64,000 bases of DNA from IMG/VR virus record IMGVR_UViG_3300028584_001240. One strand, given 5' to 3'. The position numbers and the translations under genes are program-made. The first letter of the stretch is position 1, and each line of letters opens with the position of its first letter. The stretch is from a virus. Lineage: Duplodnaviria > Heunggongvirae > Uroviricota > Caudoviricetes. Shown here piece after piece: positions 10,103-20,909 of the stretch. The notes below the pieces were generated by a model that was not told the origin of the DNA, searched no databases, and worked only from the letters and a program-made list of their open reading frames with translations.

Positions 10103-11350
10103 ATGAAAAAAATAAATTATAACACTGATAAATTAATGTCGAATCCAATTTTTATGAAAGATTATTTTATTTCAAACGGCATTATTGAAGTAGATAATAG
10201 AGATATTGACGACACCACAAATTGCTTTGCAATGAAAGATAATCAGCTTAGCTTTAACATTATGGAATACTATACCACGGCTAGCTTGGATCTTTGCCTA
10301 GCCTTCTTTCTGCCAAGTCTAACAGCATCTGAAATAAAACAAATAGTCTCGATGTTTACATTTCATTATCAATTATTCAGCGACTATCTACCTGAAAATA
10401 ACATCATCTACATAATGATTACAGATACTAATATTACATTTTCTAGTAAAATAATTGATCTATTGATAACAAAATCTTACTACAATATACAACAAGAGTC
10501 AGCTTTCTTTAAAAGAAACCATGCCTTGCATATATCAGTAGTGAATAAAATAAAAATAAAAGAATTTCATAAAATAATAATCAAGCAATTAAGAGTCTCA
10601 TTATCTAGTTACTTCAAGAAACATATAAAAGATATAAATGTTGAGTTAATCAACAAAGTGATTAATGAAAGTGTTGAAGACTACAATAATAGAATAAATA
10701 ACAACGTATATTTCAAAAACTATAATGATTATGATTTTTTTATAAATATTAAAAACTCTCATATAAACTATAAAACCGTTATGATAAAAGATTATGTAAA
10801 ATGCAATATGGAACCTGAACATGAATTAAAGAATGGTTATGAATTAGCTATCTTAAAACACAATCCAGAAAGAAATAAAGGTATTGAAAAAATTATAGAT
10901 AGAATATCTGTAAATGATCAAGTCGCTCTCTATATCTATACAAAGAATATTAAAACATTAAGAGTTCTATTAACACCTGTTTTTCAAGATCAAGACCTAT
11001 CTTATTTATTATCAATCATAGCGTTATTTGATTTTTATCAACAGATAAAAAATCCTTATGCTAATGAAATATTGTTGACCATCGACAAAGCTGCTAAAAT
11101 GATGATATCCAAAGAACATGCCTATACAAGTAATTCTATCTTCAATTTTTCTTGTAAAGATTTTAACATTAGCATAGGAAGAGACACAGAATTAAACACC
11201 TATGCTTTTAGTTATAAAAATGACAGTTTAGAAGCTATTTATAAAAAATTATGTGAACATATCTGCCATACGTTGGCGAAGTCTCAAGACATAGAACCTT
11301 CTGAATTAACTTATCAACATATCAAATTGGAACAAATGAAAAATTCTTAA
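10103..11350 (+). CDS. Hypothetical protein, paralog pair B, C-terminal motif (…KLEQMKNS)
   Basis: Paralog of 8865..10088. Confidence 0.8.
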   Translation: MKKINYNTDKLMSNPIFMKDYFISNGIIEVDNRDIDDTTNCFAMKDNQLSFNIMEYYTTASLDLCLAFFLPSLTASEIKQIVSMFTFHYQLFSDYLPENNIIYIMITDTNITFSSKIIDLLITKSYYNIQQESAFFKRNHALHISVVNKIKIKEFHKIIIKQLRVSLSSYFKKHIKDINVELINKVINESVEDYNNRINNNVYFKNYNDYDFFINIKNSHINYKTVMIKDYVKCNMEPEHELKNGYELAILKHNPERNKGIEKIIDRISVNDQVALYIYTKNIKTLRVLLTPVFQDQDLSYLLSIIALFDFYQQIKNPYANEILLTIDKAAKMMISKEHAYTSNSIFNFSCKDFNISIGRDTELNTYAFSYKNDSLEAIYKKLCEHICHTLAKSQDIEPSELTYQHIKLEQMKNS

Positions 11351-11411
11351 AAAAAAATGTAGCAATCCGTAAGAAAGCTACATTTATTTGTTTACAACTT
11401 TTACATTTCAA

Positions 11412-12245
11412 TCAAACAAGAATGGCGTTATCAATCTTAAATTCAGGTTCGGCACCGTTGAAGATGAACGCAACCTTGTTTGAAACATCAACAAAGTTTC
11501 CAAGGTCAACTTCTACAACACGACGACGCATAAAACCTTTGGAGTTTTCTTCATTCAAGAACTGTTCTGGAATGTTCGATTCTTCAGCAGTGATAAAGAA
11601 TGATTCGTTACGGACAAAAGTTCCATACTTAAAGAAGTTAGGGAGAGCATTAAAATCTACACCTTTCTTCATCAGCATTTCAATTTTATCAGCACCATTA
11701 ACACCCGTCAGTTGCTTGTGACTGAATTCAGCCATTGCTGCCATACTGATGGAGTTCTTGTAAGCATCCATTGCTCGCCACATAAACATGTTAGCCACTT
11801 CCGAGAAGTTAGGCATGTTGATAATACGGCAATCAAACGTAGGAAGCTTTTGAAGGCACTTTTCGCCCCAGTGTTCAAGAGCGTAGACCATAAACTTAGC
11901 CGTCGCAATAGAAGCTACGTTACTGACCATTTTTTGAATGCGACCATCAAAGAAAATATTGGAACGAGTGTCGCTACCGTACCAAGCAAGACTGATTTCG
12001 TCTGATTGAGTATAGCCCACCGTTGCACCGGTTTCTTTCACAAGGTACTTAGTGACTTCAATCATTGCCATCGAGAGTTTTTCATCGAAAGGCTTCTTCA
12101 TACCCTTAGTAAATTTACTAAAAGAACGACCATCAATACGAGCATAAACAGGCTGAGTACGATCAAAGCGAAGTTTTGTTTCTTTATCTTCGTAGGCTTT
12201 CATACGTTCGCCTAGCGTAAGTTGTTGCAGAGTTTGGTCTACCAT
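11412..12245 (-). CDS. thg1: tRNA(His) guanylyltransferase Thg1 / Thg1-like 3'-5' polymerase
   Basis: RMKAYE, RIDGRSFSKFT, KPFD, GYTQSDEISL, FDGRIQK, FDCR motifs. Confidence 0.92.
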   Translation of the reverse strand: MVDQTLQQLTLGERMKAYEDKETKLRFDRTQPVYARIDGRSFSKFTKGMKKPFDEKLSMAMIEVTKYLVKETGATVGYTQSDEISLAWYGSDTRSNIFFDGRIQKMVSNVASIATAKFMVYALEHWGEKCLQKLPTFDCRIINMPNFSEVANMFMWRAMDAYKNSISMAAMAEFSHKQLTGVNGADKIEMLMKKGVDFNALPNFFKYGTFVRNESFFITAEESNIPEQFLNEENSKGFMRRRVVEVDLGNFVDVSNKVAFIFNGAEPEFKIDNAILV

Positions 12246-12304
12246 GATGTTTCTCCTTTTGGTTAAGACCCGGCTATAATAACAAAAACACAACAAAAAA
12301 TCAA

Positions 12305-13120
12305 CTAAATAGTGTACATTTTTTCCACTTGTCGATATTTTTTAACCAGAACATCAAGTTCATCAATCGTTGTATACTTAAAATTACAAAAAATGTCTAT
12401 AGACTTAAACGAGTGTCGAAGAAACGTATCTTTATTAAAATCACCCATATTGTTGGCTCTAACAAAAAGGTGCTCCATTTTATTGTTGATATAATATCTA
12501 AGGTCATAATGGAAAAACAACATATCCTCATACGACGCCCCAAAACAAAAAGATAATGTTTCTTTAAATTGAGTGCCTTTATTAGCTAAATCAATCTGAG
12601 ATAGATATAAGTCAATATGAATACTACTTTTTCTAAGCGGTTCATCCAAAACCATAATACCAGATGTTTGGATGGCCTTTTTAACCATTGGACTTAAGTT
12701 AGCAAGGATAGACTTATAAAACTCAGGTGTTTTTTCTTTTTTAAGTGGCAAATGAAAACAATCGAACACAGAATTGTTAATCTGATAATTGAACACTAAC
12801 TCAATACGTGGTAACACATATTTATCATTCAAGTAGGCAAAGAAAGGGATATAGAAATCAGATTGATGAACTCGATAGAAACCATAAAGCTGACTTTCAT
12901 AGAACTCATAGTTTTGTTCTTCTTCGTCTTGAAATTCGAGATCTGTTTGAATTTGTGGTAATATTTTCTGATGTAAGAAAATGCATTCTACATCGCCCAT
13001 CGAACAATTGTAAGATTTTGCGACCATCTCATGAACACGTTCCGATTGATAAAATTTCAATTTATCATAATTGTAGTTAAAATATTGTTCAAAATAAGAT
13101 TTAAAATGTAAACTTTTCAT
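12305..13120 (-). CDS. Hypothetical protein, paralog array C, C-terminal motif (…QVEKMYTI)
   Basis: Shares HFK.(Y/F)FE.YF.Y, YGFYR, PLKKEKT with its two neighbours. Confidence 0.8.
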   Translation of the reverse strand: MKSLHFKSYFEQYFNYNYDKLKFYQSERVHEMVAKSYNCSMGDVECIFLHQKILPQIQTDLEFQDEEEQNYEFYESQLYGFYRVHQSDFYIPFFAYLNDKYVLPRIELVFNYQINNSVFDCFHLPLKKEKTPEFYKSILANLSPMVKKAIQTSGIMVLDEPLRKSSIHIDLYLSQIDLANKGTQFKETLSFCFGASYEDMLFFHYDLRYYINNKMEHLFVRANNMGDFNKDTFLRHSFKSIDIFCNFKYTTIDELDVLVKKYRQVEKMYTI

Positions 13121-13132
13121 TATTAACTCCAC

Positions 13133-13936
13133 TTAAATAAGATACATCTTTTCTACCTTTCTATATTCTTTGACAAGCGTATCCAACTCATTAATGGTCT
13201 TATACTCAAAACAACCAAAATCATTCATACCACTGAAAGATTGATTCAACATTTCAGCTTTATTGAAAGATAAGTTATTCAAGTTAATATTACTGCGATT
13301 GACCAGAAGATTTTCTACTTTTTTGTTGAGGCAATATCGAAGATAATAACGACAATGAAAAAAAGCATCAGTCACATCGTTATCTAGATTATTTTTATAA
13401 GTAATCGCAAAGGATTCATTGAAATTATGACCTCTATGAGCCACTTCCAACGTAAAATAATCAAAATCAAAATCAAAGTAAACGGAGCTTTTCTTAAACT
13501 GTTCATTCAATACCATCAAGCCCGATTTAGTGAGGATGCTTTTTATAAAGGGTTGAATATTTTCCATAGTCAATTCATAAAATTCCCGTGTTTTTTCTTT
13601 TTTAAGTGGCACATGGCGAAAATCAAAAACGGAATTGTTAATGTCGTAATTAAATTTCATTTCAACATGAGCAGTAACCAATGATGGTGAACAATGAGCA
13701 AAAAAAGGAACATAAAAATCTGAATTTTTTATCCTATAAAATCCATAGTGCTGTATTTCTTTATAGCGGTAAGTCAATGGGTTACTAAAAAGAAAGAAAC
13801 AATCGACTTCATCCAGCGTACACTCATACGAAGTAGCAATTTCTTTACGCACACAATCAGCGTCCCATAATTCAAGTTTTTCATAGGGATAATTGAAATA
13901 GGTTTCAAAGAAATGTTTAAAATGACTACGACGCAT
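13133..13936 (-). CDS. Hypothetical protein, paralog array C, C-terminal motif (…KVEKMYLI)
   Basis: Paralog in array C. Confidence 0.8.
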   Translation of the reverse strand: MRRSHFKHFFETYFNYPYEKLELWDADCVRKEIATSYECTLDEVDCFFLFSNPLTYRYKEIQHYGFYRIKNSDFYVPFFAHCSPSLVTAHVEMKFNYDINNSVFDFRHVPLKKEKTREFYELTMENIQPFIKSILTKSGLMVLNEQFKKSSVYFDFDFDYFTLEVAHRGHNFNESFAITYKNNLDNDVTDAFFHCRYYLRYCLNKKVENLLVNRSNINLNNLSFNKAEMLNQSFSGMNDFGCFEYKTINELDTLVKEYRKVEKMYLI

Positions 13937-14731
13937 TGTATAACTCCCATTTAAATAACATACATTTTTTCTAGCTGTCTATATCCTTCAACAAGATCAT
14001 TCAACTCATTAATATTCGTATAATCAAAATCACCAAACTCGCTCATACCACTAAATGATTGTTCAAGCATTTTATTTTTACTAAAATTAGCTGGATCATT
14101 AGTTTCAAGAAAAAGACATTCTTTCTTATTTTTTAGATAATAATTAAGTTCATATCTATAACATTTAATGATTTCTATCTCATACGGTTGGAGTAATGAC
14201 TTTTTACTTAAATAAAAATACTCATTAAAATTTTTACCTTTATTTGAAATTTCTAATGTATAAGAAGATAAGTTAAAATTAAAGATAATAAAACTTTTTA
14301 CAACCGTCGAAAGAAGGGTTGTTAATCCAGAGTTAAAAATTAATTCTTTAATATCTGGATGTATTTCTTTTAAAAATCGTTGATAAAACTCACTTGTTTT
14401 TTCTTTTTTCAAAGGGATATGTACACAATCAAAAATTGAATTGTTAATAGAATAATTAAATGCCAAATCTACATGTGGTGTGACCAAAAAATCAGTCTGA
14501 TGAATAAAAAACGGGATGTAAAAGTTAGATTTATTAATTCTGTAAAATCCATATAATTGAATTTCATGAGAACTCATTACTCTAGTAAAAAGAAAAAAAC
14601 AATCTACCTGTCTCAGTGGACATTTATAAAAATATGACAATTCCTTTTTAATAATGTCAGCACTCTGAAATTTCAATTTCTCATAAGGATAATCAAAATA
14701 GGTTTCAAAGAAATGTTTAAAATGACTACGA
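13896..14731. repeat. 36-bp exact direct repeat at the 5' ends of two array-C paralogs (13896-13931 and 14696-14731)
   Basis: AAATAGGTTTCAAAGAAATGTTTAAAATGACTACGA occurs at both positions. Confidence 0.85.
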
Positions 14732-14739
14732 TTCATCAT
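13951..14739 (-). CDS. Hypothetical protein, paralog array C, C-terminal motif (…QLEKMYVI)
   Basis: Paralog in array C. Confidence 0.8.
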   Translation of the reverse strand: MMNRSHFKHFFETYFDYPYEKLKFQSADIIKKELSYFYKCPLRQVDCFFLFTRVMSSHEIQLYGFYRINKSNFYIPFFIHQTDFLVTPHVDLAFNYSINNSIFDCVHIPLKKEKTSEFYQRFLKEIHPDIKELIFNSGLTTLLSTVVKSFIIFNFNLSSYTLEISNKGKNFNEYFYLSKKSLLQPYEIEIIKCYRYELNYYLKNKKECLFLETNDPANFSKNKMLEQSFSGMSEFGDFDYTNINELNDLVEGYRQLEKMYVI

Positions 14740-14746
14740 ACAACTC

Positions 14747-15592
14747 CTAAATTTTTATCATATCACTGATTTCTTTAATTCGTTTTTTTTCTTCATTGTA
14801 AAAATCAAACAATTCAATATGAGAATCAAAATGAGGAATAACATAATCATCCACATTGTAATGTTTTTGAATGGCTACCCTAAAAGGTTCTGAAATCATA
14901 GAAGGGTTCTCTTTAATTGTTGACCAAAAATCAATACTTGTGAACTTACCAGAGATAATGCCTTCCATTGGTTTCAATTGATAACATAATTCTTCCACTC
15001 TCGCTACATTCTTCTTATATTCAATACCATTACTATAAATATTAAAAAAGAATCCTGATGTATCGCTCATGTATTGAAACTCACAATCAAAAGAAATATC
15101 AGATGTTGGTTTAGTGTTAGGATCGGTTGCTTTCAATACATGCTGCTTATATTGCATGGGTGAGTTATCTTTATTGTAATAACTGTCATACAGAATGCTA
15201 AAACGTTCAGCGTCAGCACCTAAAAATTCTTTAAATGTTTCAACATTGAAATCATCTTCACGATTATCATCAAATAAAATACTTTGGAAACGATCATTAG
15301 CAATAGAAATATTAAACTTATACATTGCTCGATAACCTTTAATATATGTACAATCTAGATCACTGTCAATGGAGAAGTCGAGAGCCATAGGCAAGCAAAG
15401 GTCTTTATACCGAACAATGACATCAATGAGCCGTTTACCACGAAAAACAACATAATTAATCACATGAATATCATTGTTAGAAAGATCTTGGATAACAGGA
15501 AAAATGTCATTAAGCACTTTGCGAGCAAAGTCATCTACAATAAAGGCTTTCTTACGCTTATTTCCTTGCTGGACAAAATCAATCATACTCAT
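14747..15592 (-). CDS. Hypothetical protein with C-terminal motif (…EISDMIKI)
   Basis: ORF; start refined using AGGAG RBS. Confidence 0.7.
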   Translation of the reverse strand: MSMIDFVQQGNKRKKAFIVDDFARKVLNDIFPVIQDLSNNDIHVINYVVFRGKRLIDVIVRYKDLCLPMALDFSIDSDLDCTYIKGYRAMYKFNISIANDRFQSILFDDNREDDFNVETFKEFLGADAERFSILYDSYYNKDNSPMQYKQHVLKATDPNTKPTSDISFDCEFQYMSDTSGFFFNIYSNGIEYKKNVARVEELCYQLKPMEGIISGKFTSIDFWSTIKENPSMISEPFRVAIQKHYNVDDYVIPHFDSHIELFDFYNEEKKRIKEISDMIKI

Positions 15593-15694
15593 GTGACATC
15601 TCCTAAAATTTGAACAATTATAACACAACACCTTAAAACTGTAAACAAAAAAGCCACAACAAACGTTATGGCTTCATTTTACTAGACAAAACAA

Positions 15695-16345
15695 TTAAGC
15701 TACCGTATCAGCAACCACAATACCATGATCAACCATTTCTTTGATAGCATTATACAAGGTTTCATCAGCAATATGACGACACGCTGATAAGTTAACCACC
15801 ACATCAAAACCGGCGAGTTTTAACTGGATTGCGGTGTTCTTAACACAATAGTCTGTTGCAAGACCACCAACCAGAACAAGTTCAATGCCATTTGCACGAA
15901 GAACTTCAATCACACCCGTAGTTTTTTTGTTGCCGAGGTCATGGTAGCAAGCACCATATGGGTGCATATGTCGTTCAATACCTTTATAGACCATAAAATC
16001 ATATTTATCGGCCTTTGGAAGTTCATCCAAGAACTCTACCCCTTCGGTACCAAGAATACAGTGAGCTTTCCAGTGAATATCCATATCACGAAACTGTGGA
16101 GCAACTGGACTGAATTGTGGATTCTTTTCATCCGCTACCCAATAAGCATTGGTAGCATGAATATCTTTTGAACCTACACGAAACCCAGCCAGCTCAGCTT
16201 GTGCGTTTAGTGCAGCAGCAATCAAATGACCACCCGCTACGGGCAATTCCTCTGGAAAGAGTGGTGTGAAGCTTTTTTGAGGGTCAACATCAAACGAAGC
16301 AATCTTAGATTTTTCTTTATTCACAACATATTGAGTAGTATTCAT
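15695..16345 (-). CDS. pncA: Nicotinamidase/pyrazinamidase (isochorismatase family)
   Basis: DVDPQKSF, KDIH, W..HC, KG, GGLATDYCVK catalytic motifs. Confidence 0.88.
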   Translation of the reverse strand: MNTTQYVVNKEKSKIASFDVDPQKSFTPLFPEELPVAGGHLIAAALNAQAELAGFRVGSKDIHATNAYWVADEKNPQFSPVAPQFRDMDIHWKAHCILGTEGVEFLDELPKADKYDFMVYKGIERHMHPYGACYHDLGNKKTTGVIEVLRANGIELVLVGGLATDYCVKNTAIQLKLAGFDVVVNLSACRHIADETLYNAIKEMVDHGIVVADTVA

Positions 16346-16403
16346 GGTGTAACTCCTTTTTTTCATTTGACCTATTATACCACATTATAATACTAAAATT
16401 CAA

Positions 16404-17192
16404 CTAAATTTGATCCATTTCTAAAACTAAAAGGGCTTTGTTTAAATCAAGTAAAATTTCGTTTATGGATTGATAGGTGTTATTAATAAAATCGGTAAGA
16501 CTGGGTTTAAGAAAATGTGACGAAAACAAATATTTCCAGTAATCTTGAACATCAAGGTTCTTTACATTAATCATAGTAAAGTTTTGAGAATTAAATGAAA
16601 ATGAATCGCCATCGTAATAAAAACTCATATTAGCATGAAATATTGTAGAAGTGCTTTGATAATGATTAATGAAATAACACATATTATTTCGCGTCAAATC
16701 AATTACGATCTTTAAAGATTTTCCATTTTTATTATCTATATGTGGATAGAAATAAAGAGATTCCAATACACCAGATAAATCAACAGAATGCTTAGTGGGT
16801 AATGTTGCAATCAATTTTTGAGTGTAATCATCTACCTGCGTTCTCAATACATTCTTCACTGGACTGTTAATGTGATGATAATCGTCATCATTAAATTTTT
16901 CGTCACGAGAATACACGACTGTATAATAAAGTGAGATATCCATCGAGTATCCTTTACTTGTTTTTGAGTCTTGAATATACCTAAATGGGATACGGAGTTC
17001 ATCAATATGAATGAAACCTTTACACTCAAAATTATTGTCTAAACAGGTAATACTGAAGACATTTATTTCAACAGACCGACCAAAATATTCATCCGCAATA
17101 GTTTTCATTAATGTATCGTGATGTGGAATGAACGAAAGTTCTCCAAAATGGGTATCGACCACTTTATGTTCTGTCAATTTTTTTTCATTCAT
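16404..17192 (-). CDS. Hypothetical protein with C-terminal motif (…LVLEMDQI)
   Basis: 262-aa ORF with its own promoter. Confidence 0.7.
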   Translation of the reverse strand: MNEKKLTEHKVVDTHFGELSFIPHHDTLMKTIADEYFGRSVEINVFSITCLDNNFECKGFIHIDELRIPFRYIQDSKTSKGYSMDISLYYTVVYSRDEKFNDDDYHHINSPVKNVLRTQVDDYTQKLIATLPTKHSVDLSGVLESLYFYPHIDNKNGKSLKIVIDLTRNNMCYFINHYQSTSTIFHANMSFYYDGDSFSFNSQNFTMINVKNLDVQDYWKYLFSSHFLKPSLTDFINNTYQSINEILLDLNKALLVLEMDQI

Positions 17193-17244
17193 TTTGATTG
17201 CCTCACTTTCATATATTATAGCATATTTAACCTATTTATACAAT

Positions 17245-17269
17245 AAAAAAAGACCTGTTCGGTCTTTTT
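17245..17269. terminator. Intrinsic terminator
   Basis: A-run-GACC-TGTTC-GGTC-T-run. Confidence 0.75.
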
Positions 17270-17284
17270 CAATACATCAATAAA

Positions 17285-18850
17285 TTATACAGTCATACGG
17301 CTTTTAACACGATCTTGCTTATTAGCCACAAGATTTTCTGGTTTAGTATTATTCATAGCTTTTTGTTTAAGAATTTGATCTTTGAAGAATTGTTTAATAT
17401 TATCACCTTCTTTAACTTTAAATCCATGATCTTCAATTTGAAGAATAGGTAAAATATCATCAGCTTTACTTGCCTTTAATCCTTCAAGTTCTTTTGGTAT
17501 AGTGATATTAAGTTCAGTAGTTGAAGCTTGTTTAGCACTAATACCTGATACTGGCATGTCTATCAACTCAGGCTCTTCAAAGATAAATACTTCTTTGGGT
17601 ATTTTTTTGGTCTTTGACTCTGGCAAGGGTTGATATGTTTCTTTAATTTTTTTAACAAATTTAAGTAAGTCACTCGTAGTTAAATTGTCATTTTGTACGG
17701 CGGCAACATTAACAGGTTTGTCATCTTTTTCTGGTTTCACAAAAGCGTCAATAAATAATGGCTTCTTCAAGTTATCTTTAACATAAGGAACCTCTAGAAT
17801 TTTAGCAGTTGGCGTATTAACATTAATGGTTGAGTTCTCAATAGCAATATTGATTTCATTTTCAATTTGAGCTTCAACAAAATAATTATCATCATGTAAG
17901 CTAACAAGTTTATTCGTAGGAGCTGGAAGTAAAGCAGCATAAGACTTTCTCACATCACTCACTAAATTTAAGTAATCAGACTTATCCATTAATCCATCTT
18001 GGTTCATCGGAACTTCTGGTTTTTTAGCAGGTAATTGATAATCTATTGTCGGCATATTTGCTACATTGATATCTAACTTCTTAGCTTCCATAATAGGTGC
18101 AGCAAAAACAACATTCGTTAAACCATTATCAATTTCATTAGCCAATGCGGCATTTGTCTTTAATGATGAAGTAATTTTACTGTAATTCTCTTTACACTTA
18201 TCAACAAGCGTTAACAAAGGAGAAATCGCATACAAAGGCAATGAATACAAACCAGCAGTCATAATGGTTTCAACAGAACTAACTGGAAGAACATTGGTCA
18301 TACCATTAGTTAATCCGGCTGCAAGCATAGTGCCTACAACACCCGTAGCGAATGAATTGTAAAGATATTCTCTGCCTTCAAGTTTAACGTCTTCTGCAGT
18401 AATGTATCTATTTTCTTGAATGATAGGTGTTTCGAGCTTTCCAGCAATACGTTCTTTAAAAATAGATAATTTTTGATAGTCGTATTCATAATCGTTGACA
18501 GATTTTAATTTCTCACCTGATATTTTACATAAACCATCTTTCATTTTGTCATAAAGATTCATTAAAGGCGTTGCAGCAAAAGCTCCTGCGGAAGTAACGA
18601 TAGCCATTTGAGCCATTGATTTAGCCACATCAAGTGGTATCGTATTGGTGACATGAGCGAGAAGGCTACCTACGACTAAAATAGTAGAGACACCTGTGGC
18701 AAGTCCCACAACCATCAAACTCTTTTGATCTTTTTCAACATCTTTTCTTAGATATAAGGTTTTCTTTGCAAGATTTTCTTTCTCTTTATCTGCAAAATTT
18801 ATCAAATCGAGATTCAACTTCTCAGAAATGGATTTTTTAAATAATGGCAT
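17285..18850 (-). CDS. Hypothetical protein with duplicated hydrophobic hairpin and basic C-terminus
   Basis: 521 aa; two similar hydrophobic segments (…ATG…PL..L.DK.K…KI); ends DRVKSRMTV. Confidence 0.7.
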   Translation of the reverse strand: MPLFKKSISEKLNLDLINFADKEKENLAKKTLYLRKDVEKDQKSLMVVGLATGVSTILVVGSLLAHVTNTIPLDVAKSMAQMAIVTSAGAFAATPLMNLYDKMKDGLCKISGEKLKSVNDYEYDYQKLSIFKERIAGKLETPIIQENRYITAEDVKLEGREYLYNSFATGVVGTMLAAGLTNGMTNVLPVSSVETIMTAGLYSLPLYAISPLLTLVDKCKENYSKITSSLKTNAALANEIDNGLTNVVFAAPIMEAKKLDINVANMPTIDYQLPAKKPEVPMNQDGLMDKSDYLNLVSDVRKSYAALLPAPTNKLVSLHDDNYFVEAQIENEINIAIENSTINVNTPTAKILEVPYVKDNLKKPLFIDAFVKPEKDDKPVNVAAVQNDNLTTSDLLKFVKKIKETYQPLPESKTKKIPKEVFIFEEPELIDMPVSGISAKQASTTELNITIPKELEGLKASKADDILPILQIEDHGFKVKEGDNIKQFFKDQILKQKAMNNTKPENLVANKQDRVKSRMTV

Positions 18851-18911
18851 TAATTGACCAGTAGTTGTTAATTATAACTACATTATACAACATAACCAAA
18901 AAAAGTAAATT

Positions 18912-19619
18912 TTAAAAATCAACAATTTCACTTAAACGAAACAACTCATTAAGATCACTATCGAAATCAATACTTGCATCTTCCAAGCAAGAAAATATAT
19001 CAGACTCTTTAAAAATATGCTTGCAGACCGTATCAAAATCACCACTGTATATTTTCACTTTATTTTTTGTTTTCTTACTATCACTGTATTTGCAACGCAA
19101 GACTATTGTTGAATCAAGAAAATGAAACTCCATATTTAAATTAAATTCACCTTTAATATCATAGATGACAACATGATCGCCACCATGAACTTCATTTTCT
19201 ACATTTTCAGCTACTAAATTATAGCTGTAATTGAAGGTAGCATTTTTTTGATGTGTAAAGTGTTCATAAGCGTCAAGAAAAAACTGTTCTGCATGGCAAC
19301 TATTAAGTGTGTTCAACTTCTTAAATACTTTGAAAACGTCTTCAAAACTAGAATAATGTTCGTTAGCAATAAAACCAATTGAACTATAAGCAGTAGCTGA
19401 AAAAGAAAAACTACCGTCTTGTTCTAATGTGTAAAAATAAGGAAACCCTTCATCAATAACACAATGGCGAATACCATTAGAATAATGAACAAGAATATTT
19501 TGAGCAGCCGGACTAAATACAGCATGCATACCATCAGTCTTAGGTGTCTCAAAAGTGTTTTCAAGTTCGGAACCATTTTTAAAACTTCTAAGAATCTTGT
19601 GATTTTTTCTTCTGTCCAT
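18912..19619 (-). CDS. Hypothetical protein with variant C-terminal motif (…RLSEIVDF)
   Basis: 235-aa ORF with clear promoter and RBS. Confidence 0.7.
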   Translation of the reverse strand: MDRRKNHKILRSFKNGSELENTFETPKTDGMHAVFSPAAQNILVHYSNGIRHCVIDEGFPYFYTLEQDGSFSFSATAYSSIGFIANEHYSSFEDVFKVFKKLNTLNSCHAEQFFLDAYEHFTHQKNATFNYSYNLVAENVENEVHGGDHVVIYDIKGEFNLNMEFHFLDSTIVLRCKYSDSKKTKNKVKIYSGDFDTVCKHIFKESDIFSCLEDASIDFDSDLNELFRLSEIVDF

Positions 19620-19645
19620 TAGTCATCCTCAATAATGTAGCGACA

Positions 19646-19674
19646 ATCATACATTTTTTATCACAAAAAGTCAA
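19646..19674 (-). promoter_or_regulatory. Sigma70-type promoter
   Basis: TTGACT-17 nt-TATGAT on the minus strand. Confidence 0.7.
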
Positions 19675-19772
19675 TAAATAAGGCTAAACAAACAAAGAAA
19701 AAGACTTGATCTAATGGGTTATTTTGTGCTATCATTAAATTATTAAAGATATTCAATTAAAGGTATTGAACA

Positions 19773-20900
19773 ATGGGAAAGCAAAATAAAAAGAAAATTG
19801 AAGAGTTTGAATCGAGCGAAATGCGATTCAAGCAATCTATTGCCAATCATTCAAACAAAGTAAAATTTGAAAACTCAACCAAACAAGAAGTGCCAGCCAT
19901 TAATGAAATTGAAACTGAGTTGCTTGCTTTCGCTGTTAATGATCCTGATGCTTTCAAATACACCCTGAAATCAAGCAATCGTGACAAAAAAGTCAAACTT
20001 TTGGCAAAATTTCTTTTTTCAAAATACAAAACCCCAAAAATTCTTGAACAAGTATGGGATGGCCCAGCCATTCCAGATCGTGCCCACACCAAAAAGAAAT
20101 CATCAGCAATTCGTTATCGTAAATGGTTCGTGTGTGCCGCCACAGGTGGCTCTCTTTACAAGGAACATTTGAAACCATTCTTGACAAAAAAAGAAGGGGC
20201 TAATTTTGTTAGTTGTCCATTTGATTTGACCATCGATCAAGCCATTGTTTACTCTATTGCATTGGCAGAAAGTGATCGTGCCGGTGCTGCATTGCGTATC
20301 GCTAAATCAAAATTAAATGAAAAAAACTATGAAACTGAGTTCTGGAAGAATGTTATCAAGTTCTTTGCCCAAGAGGGTAAAACACCAGAAACCGTAGAAC
20401 AAATTAACGACTTGGTTGACTTTATCAATGCTCAAAAGCTTGAAAATAACAACTTTAATATTTTTGGTAATGGTTGGACACTTGCCTCGCTTATCAAAAG
20501 AACACATGATTGGCACTATGAACTTCGTCGTGCTAAAAAAATGGGTACCTTTACTTGGGATGGTCATGATTTCAAAAATTTCAGCTTTACTAAGCGTAAA
20601 GATGAATACAATGCTGAGGAATGGACACTGACTCAAATTAAATCATCCAAAGAATTGCTGGAGGAAGGTAAGCAACAACACCATTGTGTATTTGGTTACA
20701 AAAACTCTTGCATTGATGGCTCAACATCCATTTGGTCTTTGAAAATGAACGGAAAACGAAAAGTGACCATTGAAGTGCGTTCTAACTATAACATTGTACA
20801 AGCTCGTGGTTTTGCCAACAGAAAAACAACAGGTGAAGAAGACAACTTTATTAGACTTTGGGCTAATGAAAACAATCTTAGCCTCAACTATCGTTATTAA
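19773..20900 (+). CDS. PcfJ-domain protein
   Basis: ELLEEGKQQHHCVFGY…IWSL…TIEV…VQARGFANR is the PcfJ signature. Confidence 0.85.
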   Translation: MGKQNKKKIEEFESSEMRFKQSIANHSNKVKFENSTKQEVPAINEIETELLAFAVNDPDAFKYTLKSSNRDKKVKLLAKFLFSKYKTPKILEQVWDGPAIPDRAHTKKKSSAIRYRKWFVCAATGGSLYKEHLKPFLTKKEGANFVSCPFDLTIDQAIVYSIALAESDRAGAALRIAKSKLNEKNYETEFWKNVIKFFAQEGKTPETVEQINDLVDFINAQKLENNNFNIFGNGWTLASLIKRTHDWHYELRRAKKMGTFTWDGHDFKNFSFTKRKDEYNAEEWTLTQIKSSKELLEEGKQQHHCVFGYKNSCIDGSTSIWSLKMNGKRKVTIEVRSNYNIVQARGFANRKTTGEEDNFIRLWANENNLSLNYRY

Positions 20901-20909
20901 GGAGATGTT

